A DNA stretch of 64,000 nt from Octopus vulgaris (taxonomy: Eukaryota). The position numbers and the translations under genes were made by a program. Numbering within the stretch: the first letter of the stretch is position 1; each line of letters begins with the position of its first letter. This document shows, piece by piece, positions 11,380 to 22,100 of the stretch. The notes below the pieces were generated by a model. The model saw nothing but the letters and a program-made list of their open reading frames with translations, had not been told where the DNA came from and did no database searches. Location of the stretch: the NCBI GenBank assembly GCA_951406725.2, contig OX597816.1, forward strand, positions 99,510,001 through 99,574,000, given 5' to 3'.

Positions 11380-13428
11380 ATTTTATGTGCCACCGACACA
11401 GGTGCCAGACGAGGCTGGCGAACGGCCACGCTCGGATGGTGTTTCTTACGTGCCCACAGCACGGAGGCCAGTCGATGCGGTACTGGCTACGGCCACGTTC
11501 GGATGGTTTTCTTGTGTGCCACCGGCACTGGTACCACAAAGATACAAATTCCATTGATGTTCATCTATTTTGATTTGATTTGATTTGATTTTCACTTGCC
11601 TCAACAGGTCTTCACAAGTGTCACAAGAAGGAAGGAAGGTATGCACAGGTGAACTGACAACGTCCCAGGTAGGGGCCACGGGTTATGGCCTGACTAGTCT
11701 TGCCGGGTCTTCGGATGATGTTTTTATGTGTCTCCGACACAGGTGCCAGATGGATGGTGTTTGTTACGTGCCCACAGCACGGAGGCCAGTCGATGCGGTA
11801 CTGGCTACGGCCACGTTCGGATGGTTTTCTTGTGTGCCACTGGCACTGGTACCACAAAGATACAAATTCCATTGATGTTCATCTATTTTGATTTGATTTG
11901 ATTTGATTTGATCACTTGTCTCAACAGGTCTTCACAAGTGTCACAAGAAGGAAGGTATGCACAGGTGGACTGACTACGTCCCAGGTAGAGGCCACGGGTT
12001 ATGGCCTGACTAGTCTTGCCGGGTCTTCGGATGGTGTTTTTATGTGCCACCGACACAGGTGCCAGATGAGGCTGGCGAACGGCCACGATCGGATGGTGTT
12101 TGTTATGAGCCCACAGCACAGAGGCCAGTCGATGCGGTACTGGCTACGGCCATGTTCGGATGGTTATCTTGTGTGCCACCGGCCCTGGTACCACAAAGAT
12201 ACAAATTCCATTGATGTTCATCTATTTTGATTTGTTTTGATTTGATCACTTGCCTCAACAGGTCTTCACAAGTGTCACAAGAAGGAAGGTATGCACAGGC
12301 AGACTGACTACGTCCCAGGTAGGGGCCACGGGTTCTGGCCTGACTAGTCTTGCCGTGTCTTCAGATGGTATTTTTATGTGCCACCGACACAGGTGCCTGA
12401 TGAGGCTGGCGAACGGACATGATCGGATGGTGTTTGTTACGTGCCCACAGCACGGAGGCCAGTCGATGCGGTACTGGCTACGGCCACGTTCGGATGGTTT
12501 TCTTGTGTGCCACCGGCACTGGTACCATAAAGATACAAATTCCATTGATGTTCATCTATTTTATTTTGATTTTCACTTTCACTTGCCTCAAAAGGTCTTC
12601 ACAAGTGTCACAAGAAGGAAGGTATGCACAGGTGGACTGACTACGTCCCAGGTTGGGGCCACGGATTATGGCCTGACTAGTCTTGCCGGGTCTTCGGATG
12701 GTGTTTTTATGTGCCACCGACACAGGTGCCTAGTCTTGCTGGGTCTTCGGATGGTGTTTTTATGTGCCACCGACACAGGTGCCGGATGAGGCTGGCGAAC
12801 GGCCACGATCGGATGGTGTTTGTTACGTGCCCACAGCACGGAGGCCAGTCGATGCAGTACTGGCTACGGCCACGTTCGGATGGTTTTCTTGTGTGCCACC
12901 GGCACTGGTACCACAAAGATACAGATTCCATTGATATTCATCTATTTCGATTTGTTTTGATTTTTTGATTTTTTTGATTTTCACTTGCCTCAACAGGTCT
13001 TCACAAGTGTCACAAGAAGGGAGGTATGCACAGGTGAACTGACTACGTCCCAGGTAGGGGCCACGGGTTATGGCCTGACTAGTCTTGCCGGGTCTTCGGA
13101 TGGTGTCTTTATGTGCCACCGACACAGGTGCCAGATGAGGCTGGCGAACGGCCATGATCGGATGGTGTTTGCTATGTGCCCACAGCACGGAGGCCAGTCG
13201 ATGCGGTACTGGCTACGGCCACGTTCGGATGGTTTTCTTGTGTGCCACCGGCACTGGTAACAAAGATACAAATTCCATTGATGATCATCTATTTTATTTT
13301 GATTTTCACTTTCACTTGCCTCAACAGGTCTTCACAAGTGTCACAAGAAGGAAGGTATGCACAGGTGGACTGACTACGTCCCAGGTAGGGGCCACGGGTT
13401 ATGGCCTGACTACTCTTGCCGGGTCTTC
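11380..13428 (-). repeat. Tandem array of six ~333-bp units in the LINE 3' UTR
   Basis: The marker cacttgyctcaamaggtcttcacaag recurs at 11593, 11913, 12247, 12580, 12982 and 13313 (periods 320, 334, 333, 402, 331). Confidence 0.95.
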
Positions 13429-16400
13429 TCACGCACAGCATACTTCCATAGGTCTCGGTCTCTAGTCATTTCCTTGGTGAGACCTAAAGTTCGAAGGTCG
13501 TGCTTCACCACCTCGTCCCAGGTTTTCCTGGGTCTACCTCTTCCACAGGTTCCCTCAACTGCTAGGGTGTAGCACTTTTGCACACAACTATCTACAGCCA
13601 TTCTCGTCACATGACCATACCAGCGCAGCCGTCTCTCTTGCACACCACAATTGACGCTTCTTAGGTTCAACTTTTCTCTCAAGGTACTTACACTCTGACG
13701 ATTATGAACACTGACATTACACATCCATCGGAGCATACTGGCTTCATTTCTTGCAAGCTTACGCATATCCTCAGCAGTCACGGCCCATGTTTCACTACCA
13801 TGTAGCATGGCTGTACGTACACATGCATCATACAGTCTGCCTTTTACTCTGAGCGAGAGGCCTTTTGTCACCAGCAGGGGTAAGAGCTCTCTAAACTTTG
13901 CCCAAGCTATTCTTACTCTAGCAGTTACACTTTCAGCACACCCACCCCCGCTACTGACTTGGTCTCCTAGGTAGCGGAAGCTATCAACTACTTCTAGTTT
14001 GTCTCCCTGGAACGTGGTAGAAGTTGGTCTCTGCACATTTCCAGTGTTTATTGCTCCTGAGCATCTGCCACAGACAAAAACTATTTTCCTAGTTAGCCTT
14101 CCTTTGACATTGCTGCACCTCTTATGTGTCCATAGCTTACACTTGGTGCACCTTATAGAGTTTCTACCTACACCTTTTTTACAGATCGAGCAGGGCCATC
14201 TACCTGAAGTCGTTTGTGATTGGTCCACCTTCCTACTTATTAGGACTTTGGTTTTGGCTAGGTTGATTCTAAGGCCCTTCGATTCTAATCCTTGTTTCCA
14301 CACCTGAAACTTCTCCTCCAGTTCTGATAGTGACTCAGCGATTAGAGCAAGGTCGTCAGCATAGAGGAGCTCCCAGGGGCATCCTGTCTTGAATTCCTCC
14401 GTTATTGCCTGGAGGACTATGATAAATAGGAGGGGACTGAGGACTGAACCTTGGTGGACCCCAACCTCTACCCGGAATTCTTCACTGTACTCGTTGCCAA
14501 CCCTCACCTTACTAGCAGCGTCTCTGTACATGGCTTGCACAGCTCTCACTAACCATTCATCTATCCCTAGTTTCCTCATTGACCACCAGATAAGGGATCG
14601 GGGGACCCTGTCAAAGGCTTTCTCCAAGTCAACAAAAGCCAGGTACAAGGGCTTGTCTTTGGCTAGGTATTTCTCCTGCAGCTGTCTTACCAGGAATATA
14701 GCATCAGTAGTACTTTTCCCTGACACGAACCCAAACTGCATATCATCTAAGCTAACACTCTCTCTAATTAGTTGGGCTATAACCCTCTCCGTAACCTTCA
14801 TTACCTGATCCAGCAGCTTGATGCCTCTGTAGTTATTTGTATCTAGGGCGTCGCCTTTACCTTTGTAGCAGTTGACTATTATGCTGCTACACCAGTCATT
14901 GGGTATGACTCCCTCGTGTATCACCTGGTCAACTATACGGGTGACTAAGCTATAGCCGACACCACCAGATATTTTGAGCATCTCTGCAGTAATTCCTGAT
15001 GGGCCTGGGGCTTTCCCTGTTTTCATGCTTCTAATTGCCTTATCTACTAAGGAACTGTTAACTCGGATTGCTGGTCCCTCTGTTGGGTCGACATTCGGCA
15101 GACTCTCTTTATCCCATTCATTTTCTTCATTCAGCAACCTTTCATAGTGGCGTCTCCAAGCCTCTCTCTTTGCATCCTCATTTAGCGCAAGTGAACCGTC
15201 ATCCTTGCGAACACACTTCTCTCCTACCACGTCACGGTTCTCTCTCACACACTGTCTTGCAACACGAAATACCTCAAGTCTTTCATCCTCACGGCTCAGG
15301 ACATTGGCAAATTTTTCCTTATCTGCCTCCCCTCTGGCTAGATAGACCTGTCTCCTGGCTTCCCTTCTGGCAGTCTGATACACTTCCCTGCTACCACCGT
15401 TCTTCCAGGCCTTCCAAGCCTGTTTCTTTTGTCTAATAGCCCTGTCAACAATATTGTTCCACCACCACGTTATTTTGGGTCTTAAGGGGACTTTGCACCA
15501 GCCACAGATCTGGTCAGCGGCTTTCAGCAGGTTGTCCCTCAGAAGCGTCCAGTTGTCTTCTACCCCATGCGTAGCTATACTCCCTTCCATTTCGTCTAAG
15601 GCTTCAAATAACATATCTCTAAATCTCTGTCCATTCGCAGGGTCTTTAAGCTTCCAGACCCTTCTTCTCCATGTTGGTCGTCTTCTAGTCGCCCTCTTAG
15701 TCCTGATCCTAAAGTCACTAACTACCAGTCTATGTTGTGGGGTGCATTCTTCGCCTGGGAAGGTTTTGGCATTTATAAGCAGCCATCTTTCCCTTTTTCT
15801 GGCAAGGATGTAGTCGATTTGGCTAGTATGCCGGCCCGATCGGTAGATGACCAGGTGGCTTGTCGGTTTCCTGAAGTTAGTGTTGCAAACCATAAGACTA
15901 TTCGCATCGCAGAACTCCAGCAGCCTGGTTCCCTCCTCGTTGCGGGAACCATAACCGTAGCCTCCATGCACGCCATGGAAGCCCCCAGCACATCGTCCAA
16001 CATGCCCATTGAAGTCACCAGCCACAAAGAGAAGGTCCCTGTCGTTCGTCAATGATGTGGTCTGCAGTAGGGTGTCATAGAAACAGTCTTTCTGTCCATC
16101 AGGTAGCCCTGGCTGAGGGGCATAGGCCGATATAATAGTTGCTAAACTATGATGGAGCACTAATCTAATCTTAATTATTCTGTCACATACTCTGACTACC
16201 TCGATTACCTTATCTACCCATTTTTCGGCGATAAGCATGCCCACACCCCCGACCCCGTCAGTATTCCCAGCCCAGAAAATCTTGTACCTCTGTCCTTTGC
16301 CTGTGAGGAACCTAGCAGAACCTCCTCTCCACCTCACTTCTTGAATGCAGCATATATCCACACACCTCCGTTCAAGCAATTCAACGATCTCGCCAGATCT

Positions 16401-16583
16401 GCCTTTCAGTGTGCCAACGTTGAGGGTGCCAACCCTGAGGGTGTGGGTGGTGGTGGTATTGGGCCTAGTAGCGTCATGGACCTGAAAAGAAAACTCGCGT
16501 TTGGCAGGATTCATAGACAGACAATAGAACTTAAGTTCAAACCGCGTACACAACACTAAACATATCTTGCAATGAATGACCAC
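13410..16583 (-). CDS. RTE LINE ORF: APE endonuclease + reverse transcriptase with internal PHD finger (first in-frame ATG at 16514)
   Basis: APE motifs TLNVG, IQEVRW, SAYAP, GDFNGH, QIDYIL, QHRLV. RT motifs KAPGP, NYRGIKL, QFGF, FVDLEKAFD, GVHQGSVLSPLLF, YADD, FRYLG. RTE C-terminus RLRWYGHV...GRGRPRKTW. Confidence 0.95.
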   Translation of the reverse strand: MVIHCKICLVLCTRFELKFYCLSMNPAKREFSFQVHDATRPNTTTTHTLRVGTLNVGTLKGRSGEIVELLERRCVDICCIQEVRWRGGSARFLTGKGQRYKIFWAGNTDGVGGVGMLIAEKWVDKVIEVVRVCDRIIKIRLVLHHSLATIISAYAPQPGLPDGQKDCFYDTLLQTTSLTNDRDLLFVAGDFNGHVGRCAGGFHGVHGGYGYGSRNEEGTRLLEFCDANSLMVCNTNFRKPTSHLVIYRSGRHTSQIDYILARKRERWLLINAKTFPGEECTPQHRLVVSDFRIRTKRATRRRPTWRRRVWKLKDPANGQRFRDMLFEALDEMEGSIATHGVEDNWTLLRDNLLKAADQICGWCKVPLRPKITWWWNNIVDRAIRQKKQAWKAWKNGGSREVYQTARREARRQVYLARGEADKEKFANVLSREDERLEVFRVARQCVRENRDVVGEKCVRKDDGSLALNEDAKREAWRRHYERLLNEENEWDKESLPNVDPTEGPAIRVNSSLVDKAIRSMKTGKAPGPSGITAEMLKISGGVGYSLVTRIVDQVIHEGVIPNDWCSSIIVNCYKGKGDALDTNNYRGIKLLDQVMKVTERVIAQLIRESVSLDDMQFGFVSGKSTTDAIFLVRQLQEKYLAKDKPLYLAFVDLEKAFDRVPRSLIWWSMRKLGIDEWLVRAVQAMYRDAASKVRVGNEYSEEFRVEVGVHQGSVLSPLLFIIVLQAITEEFKTGCPWELLYADDLALIAESLSELEEKFQVWKQGLESKGLRINLAKTKVLISRKVDQSQTTSGRWPCSICKKGVGRNSIRCTKCKLWTHKRCSNVKGRLTRKIVFVCGRCSGAINTGNVQRPTSTTFQGDKLEVVDSFRYLGDQVSSGGGCAESVTARVRIAWAKFRELLPLLVTKGLSLRVKGRLYDACVRTAMLHGSETWAVTAEDMRKLARNEASMLRWMCNVSVHNRQSVSTLREKLNLRSVNCGVQERRLRWYGHVTRMAVDSCVQKCYTLAVEGTCGRGRPRKTWDEVVKHDLRTLGLTKEMTRDRDLWKYAVREKTRQE

Positions 16584-16694
16584 TACCTTTTATGGAAGGA
16601 GGTGGGGGTGGCGTAAGACTTGAAGTGTATCTTGCAATGAATGACCACTACCTTTTATGGTAGGGGGTGAGGGTGGCGTAAGACTTTGAAGTGT
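16563..16694. repeat. 65-bp tandem duplication in the LINE 5' leader
   Basis: tatcttgcaatgaatgaccactaccttttatgg occurs at 16563 and 16628. Confidence 0.9.
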
Positions 16695-16798
16695 ACAAGG
16701 GAGACAAGGATGAGAAAATTTAGGATTTCCTGTACCGGTGGAGGGGGTGGGAGGGCGGGTGGGGGGGGGGGTCGTGGCCCGCGAAAGCCGGCAGCCAT
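16655..16798 (-). CDS. 47-aa Pro-rich upstream ORF of the RTE element
   Basis: ATG at 16798: MAAGFRGPRPPPPPALPPPPPVQEILNFLILVSLVHFKVLRHPHPLP*. Short upstream ORFs are known in RTE elements. Translation is unproven. Confidence 0.4.
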   Translation of the reverse strand: MAAGFRGPRPPPPPALPPPPPVQEILNFLILVSLVHFKVLRHPHPLP

Positions 16799-17439
16799 TC
16801 CTTTCTTAGGAGAGAAATAGTTATTGAGAAATAGTTATTGGTATAAATACCTAAATTTTGCCTAATCTATGGTAGAAGCGTGAGCGATAAAGAGCTATAA
16901 ATTATAAATACATTTATTCTATATCTACGAGGCGTGAGACTGATCGATAAAATTTAGGGGCAAGCTATAAGATTAAATATATATTTAACACAAGACATGG
17001 GACAACGATAAATAATTAAGATGAACTTAGAATTATATGTACATATAAAAAGAATACTAGGCGTGAGGAGGTTGACTTATACAAGTCATAACAATAATAG
17101 TAAAGATAAAACAGGGTTAACTAAAAGATCAGATCAATTGCAGATAGAATATATATATATATATATATATCATAAAAAATATCATAAATACACACAAATG
17201 CATACAATAATATATACACGTATGAAAATATGTAATAAATAGTGAATTATAATAACACAAAATTGGAAAAAAATAGGATCAGTATTATAAATATGGTATT
17301 GTAAAACAAAAGGTTGAGTACTGCAAGCACAGAAGAGCATTTTATAAACATCCTACATGCTATAATTCCACCAACAAAATCTGTAGTATCACTCTTATCA
17401 GGAATTATCATCTAATTCTAATTTATAAAAAGAAGTTTT

Positions 17440-18010
17440 TATAAATAGTGAAAATTAGTGAACATTTCAAATCATTCGTTCTGATGGTAGTTTGAGTTCA
17501 TGAGATTATTTAAGGTTATAATATCTTTATCCATTAGTGTATGGTATACCTCAGTTCATAATTTCCTAATTGATTTTCAGCCTGTCAATATCACTGTCCC
17601 TCAACTGTCATATATAACTGGAAAGAGCTATGACATTTCCATTCTCTTCATTTTGGATGTGGTAATGATTAAGATAGTGTTTCTTGAATTTGTTCTCTGT
17701 CATAATAATGTAATGCTTTTGTTATAAACTTATAGTTTAAATTTGAACTAATGCTTGCTTTGTAAATTAGATTGAGATTTTCTTTTAAAAGAATATTTTA
17801 TATTTCTGTTTCTATTACTGGCATTATTTGATAAAATATCCTTCATGTTAGTAATGCAGCTATAATACCATTTCTCTTAAATAATTTATCATATACATAT
17901 AGTCAATGGAGCAATATTTTTCTACAAGGGCTAAAAAAAGTCACAATATTAGATTTAATGTTTCTTCCCAGAGATACATAAACCAACAGGTGTTGATAGT
18001 ATCTTTTATA
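17440..18010 (-). mobile_element. Decayed Penelope-like GIY-YIG fragment (probably Naiad-type)
   Basis: Minus strand reads TENKFKKHYLNH...ALSSYI*QLRD, matching GxTE-FK-RY-NH...LS-YIW-LK. Confidence 0.55.
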
Positions 18011-18019
18011 CTATTCTCA

Positions 18020-18720
18020 AGCATTGTTTCCTATCTTTGCAATAGCTTTCAATTTCTCATTCTCTTCAGGTAGCTATCCCAGCTTTTGGAAATTGTTAGT
18101 GTTTCCCATTCCAAAAAAGTGTCATCCCTCAAACTCAATTAAAGCTCTATCACTCACATTTCCAACACCTGAAGGTGATAGAGAATGTGATTAACAAACA
18201 TCTTTCTCAAAGCCTTTAATTGTTCTCCCTCCTCAATGACTAACAGTACAGCTTCTGTAAAACTAAATCTATCCAAATCTTCAGAATCTCTTGAATCTCA
18301 GAATCTATCAGAATCTCTCATGTCAATCAGCAGCTGCATTTGTATCAGCAAAGTATTTTGTTATATCTAGTAGGTAAATCTAATAAAGCTGTCAGCTTGA
18401 AAGTTCCAGCTATCTTTCATCTCTTAGATGGGAAACTTCTTGTTCAAATCCCATCATTACAATATGAGCTGAAGGAAGTACAACTGAGCCACACTCTATC
18501 AAGTTTGGTCTTACCCAAATTTTAGTTCTGCTCTCACACTTTTTCCCAGTACATCAAAAATATATTTGCCTTACACTCAACAACATACACTCCTATGCAG
18601 ATGATACTTTTACTCCACTCGAACCTTGGTATGGTGTCATTCACCAACATCTGGCCCATAAACATGTTGTCTTCTTACTCTATCCTTTGTACGGTTATTT
18701 CAATGGCCTCTGTTCTCTTG
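18020..18720 (+). mobile_element. Decayed CR1/Jockey-group LINE RT remnant
   Basis: SYADDT at about 18591-18608, an upstream YPSFWK...PIPKK-like segment, and a downstream LAH...YFNGLCS-like segment. Confidence 0.55.
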
Positions 18721-19018
18721 ATTATTCTGCAATCTGTACACAAGTAATATACACTCATATAAATAAATAGATATGCACTCATATGTATATCTATTTATTT
18801 ATATTCCCCCTCTCCCTCCCTCCCCTCTCCCCCTCTCTCTCCCCCCATATATAAATATTGAGCCTGTGAGGTTGAAGGGTCATACATGGCACACTGTACA
18901 GGCCAATCCAATTACCATATATATATCAGAGCATGAAACTTATAGTATCTCACATTTAAATCCTGTGTTTATTAAATATTTATATGAATGTGTGCTTGTG
19001 TATGCAAGTACATACATA

Positions 19019-19060
<42 letters not shown>

Positions 19061-19078
19061 TAGGTATGTATGTACATA

Positions 19079-19249
19079 GGCGCAGGAGTGGCTGTGTGGT
19101 AAGTAGCTTGTTTACCAACCACATGGTTCCGGGTTCAGTCCCACTGCGTGGCACCTTGGGCAAGTGTCTTCTACTATAGCCTCGGGCTGACCAAAGCCTT
19201 GTGAGTGGATTTGGTAGACGGAAACTGAAAGAAGCCTGTCGTATATATG

Positions 19250-19288
<39 letters not shown>

Positions 19289-19492
19289 ATGTCTGTGTTT
19301 GACCCCTAGCATTGCTTGACAACCGATACTGGCGTGTTTATGTCCCCGTTACTTAGCGGTTCGGCAAAAGAGACCGATAGAATAAGTACTGGGCTTACAA
19401 AAGAATAAGTCCCGGGGTTGAGTTGCTTGATTAAAGGCGGTGCTCCAGCATGGCCGCAGTCAAATGACTGAAACAAGTAAAAGAGTAAAAGA
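19079..19492 (+). mobile_element. Young full-length tRNA-derived CORE-like SINE with internal microsatellite
   Basis: A box tggctgtgtggt, B box ggttcagtcc, ccttgggcaagt core, internal (TA)/(TG)n, and gtaaaaga tail. Many copies occur in the window. Confidence 0.85.
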
Positions 19493-19599
19493 GATATGTA
19501 GGTAAGTAGATAGGTAGGTAAGTAGGTAGATAGGTAAGTAGATAGATGGGTAGGTAGGTAGGTGGGTAGGTAGGTAGATATCTGTGTATGTATGTATGT

Positions 19600-19630
<31 letters not shown>

Positions 19631-21429
19631 CGTATGTATGCATCTGTGCATATATGTGTGAGGATGTATATAGACACAGACTATCGAATAGACAGTGTAA
19701 CGAGAGCTCAAATCTGAAATGATTATACAATACTATACACATAAAACAACAATGAAAGGGAACAAGAAATATAAGCTTTAAGATTAACAACATTTGTATC
19801 AACAATAATGAATAACCATAACTTATAAAGATGTAGAATTATGAACTGCAACAAAATAAAACTTCATATTATCATTATCATTTAAAGATAGAAAAAATTC
19901 TTCTTCTTCATCTTCTTCTTCTGATGATGATGATGATGAAGATTATTATTATTATTATCTTTGTTGTGTAAACATTATTTTTTAATATTACGTTTCCGTT
20001 TTAAGCATAACATTTTTATTCGTTTTTATTAAGCAAAAATTATTCTATTTTGTTTGCATAATACCTATTTGAAGGGCGTGACAGTTGTGTGTGTGTATGT
20101 GTGTGTGTGTGTGCATGCGTGTGTGTGTGTGTGCATATGCCGTGTGCATGTGTGTAGACACTCGCACATGCAGATACACGAATATCCTTTTTTTTTTAAA
20201 GAATTACCAGAAAACACTGAATACCATAATTTAATCTAAAAATAATGTCTAAAACTATGAAATTCCATTGTAAAGCATCTAAGTAGAGGAATTAACAAAC
20301 AGTTTGTAGTCTGCCTAATGCCACTTGGGTATTTCACAGTTTTGAAGATAATTCACTACTTCATTCTTCCAGACACAGTGTCGACAACAACCAAAAAATT
20401 GGTCAGCAATTTAAAGCATTTTATTCAGTTTTAGTCTTTGTAATTTTGCTTCTGTTCATTCTAGCTATGTTGCTTTGCTTGATTTTTATATATACATTTA
20501 TGATATATATGATATACATATACATACACACATACATACATACACATATATATATTTATATATACATGTGTATTTTACATGTACATCTCCCTCTCCAACA
20601 TCCCCTACTCATCTTTTCCAACCCACCTCCACCCTTTCTGCTTCTCTTCCTCCATCCCATCTCTCCAATCCCCCTACTCCACACAAATCCACTTACTGGC
20701 CAACCTCATTTCTCCCAACCCATCCATATGCCCCTGTATTGTCACACATCTTCTGGACTTACCTCTTTTCAAAGCTGAGTGTTCCCTTCTTAGTCATGGC
20801 CTGTGTTTCATATCTCTAATACCTACCATTATTGAGTTCCAGATCTGTGCCTGGATCAAATGGTTTGTGCGCAACACCAAACCATGTGTTGCATTTTTAG
20901 TGTCACACCTTTCATACACAATGCAGTCGACTGCATCCTTGATCTGGGTCACTGACCATCACTGTGTATGCTAAGCCCTGGCCAGTTCAGTACCCTGAAT
21001 CTATTTACCTATACTTATCACCATGCAGCAGACCACTTCTACTGTGAAAGCATTTATGATGCACTAGCATCTCCTAGGCTGAACACAATGCTTTTTATTC
21101 CCTTCAATGCCATGATGATGGTGCCAGCAAGCAAGAATGGTACCATGGTGGTGTGGCAGGCCAACCTCACCAGAACCAAAGCTATGTTGACAGCACTACC
21201 CCACTGCTATCATCCACTAACACATCTCCTCCTACCTCCTACTCTCCACTGCTTCCAACCACATTGTCTGTACTCCCCATACTCCCACTACATACATTCT
21301 CCCCAGGATCCATAAGCCCAGAACTACAGCTCCCCTATTATCTCTACCTGTAACTTCCCCATTGAACTCCTGTATGCTCTCCTTGTTCACCCACTTCCTT
21401 GGCATCGGTCATGTTCTCCACTTTGTCTA

Positions 21430-22100
21430 CTCTTTCTTCTTCCTTTAATTTTCAATATGAACATCAACTCCCAATACATTATCATCCCATGAGGACCTCC
21501 AGCCTCTCAAACACTTCCTCAACCTCTTCACCACTTCTCACTCCTTGAATCTCTACTTTCCTTCATTTAACCAAGCCCATGCTACCCTTAACTGCTTCAC
21601 CTTCATGGGTGAAATGCAAGAACAGTTCACTGGAATGGCTATTGGAATGTGAATGGAACACAACTGCACCAGCTTATATGTCAGCTATATTGAATCCCAA
21701 TTCTTCTCCCAGTCCCTCTACTGAGCTATACAACTGTTTCAGTGCTATCTCTCTTTCTCATGAGGATCTAAACACTTTCATTTCCTTCATTAGCTCTTAC
21801 ATTCCTCTCTTCAATTTATGTCCTTTGTCTCCAATAACTTCCTTCATTTCCTCAGCATCACCTTTCCCATTGACTACCTACACTCAGCCACCTCTCTTTA
21901 ATTTCTACAAACATACTCTTTCTCCTATCTTGACTTCTCCTCATCACATCTCACTCACACCAAGCACTCCATCTCTTATTTCCAGTTCTTCTGTCTCCAG
22001 TGCCTCTGAATTAGTAACCATGACCATGTGATGCAAGCTCAATGTGTGACCTGTAGTTACCCTCTTACTCCTCTCCAACCTACCATTGTCCAGTATCCTA
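21430..22100 (+). mobile_element. Decayed Penelope-like RT within a C/T-skewed tract (about 20.6-22.8 kb)
   Basis: Reads LIFNMNINSQYIIIP...LTLNCFTFMGE..QFTGMAIG...LYVSYIE, matching the PLE RT consensus MDVxSLYTxIP...LTLNxFxF...QxxGxAMG. Confidence 0.6.

Larger units (their letters stand above)
11211..17140 (-). mobile_element. Young, apparently full-length RTE-clade non-LTR retrotransposon
   Basis: Intact APE+RT ORF and a (GAT)n tail at 11211-11230. CpG is retained throughout, unlike the flanks. The 5' end is placed approximately where CpG-containing sequence stops. No convincing TSD was found. Confidence 0.9.

Noticed and set aside
12397-12414. ctgatgag...gaac hammerhead-like core in the array
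   Set aside because: Present in only one unit (others read cagatgag or cggatgag), with no stem II pairing and no GAAA.
11380-13428. CRISPR-like array or coding repeat
   Set aside because: The units repeat entirely with no unique spacers, there are no cas genes, and the context is a eukaryotic LINE. The ORFs in it are broken by indels.
13999-16559. Plus-strand ORFs overlapping the LINE
   Set aside because: Antisense shadows of the RT ORF with no recognisable motifs.
19079-19150. tRNA gene
   Set aside because: A/B boxes are present but there is no full cloverleaf, and it continues into a multicopy SINE body; the same applies at 42352.
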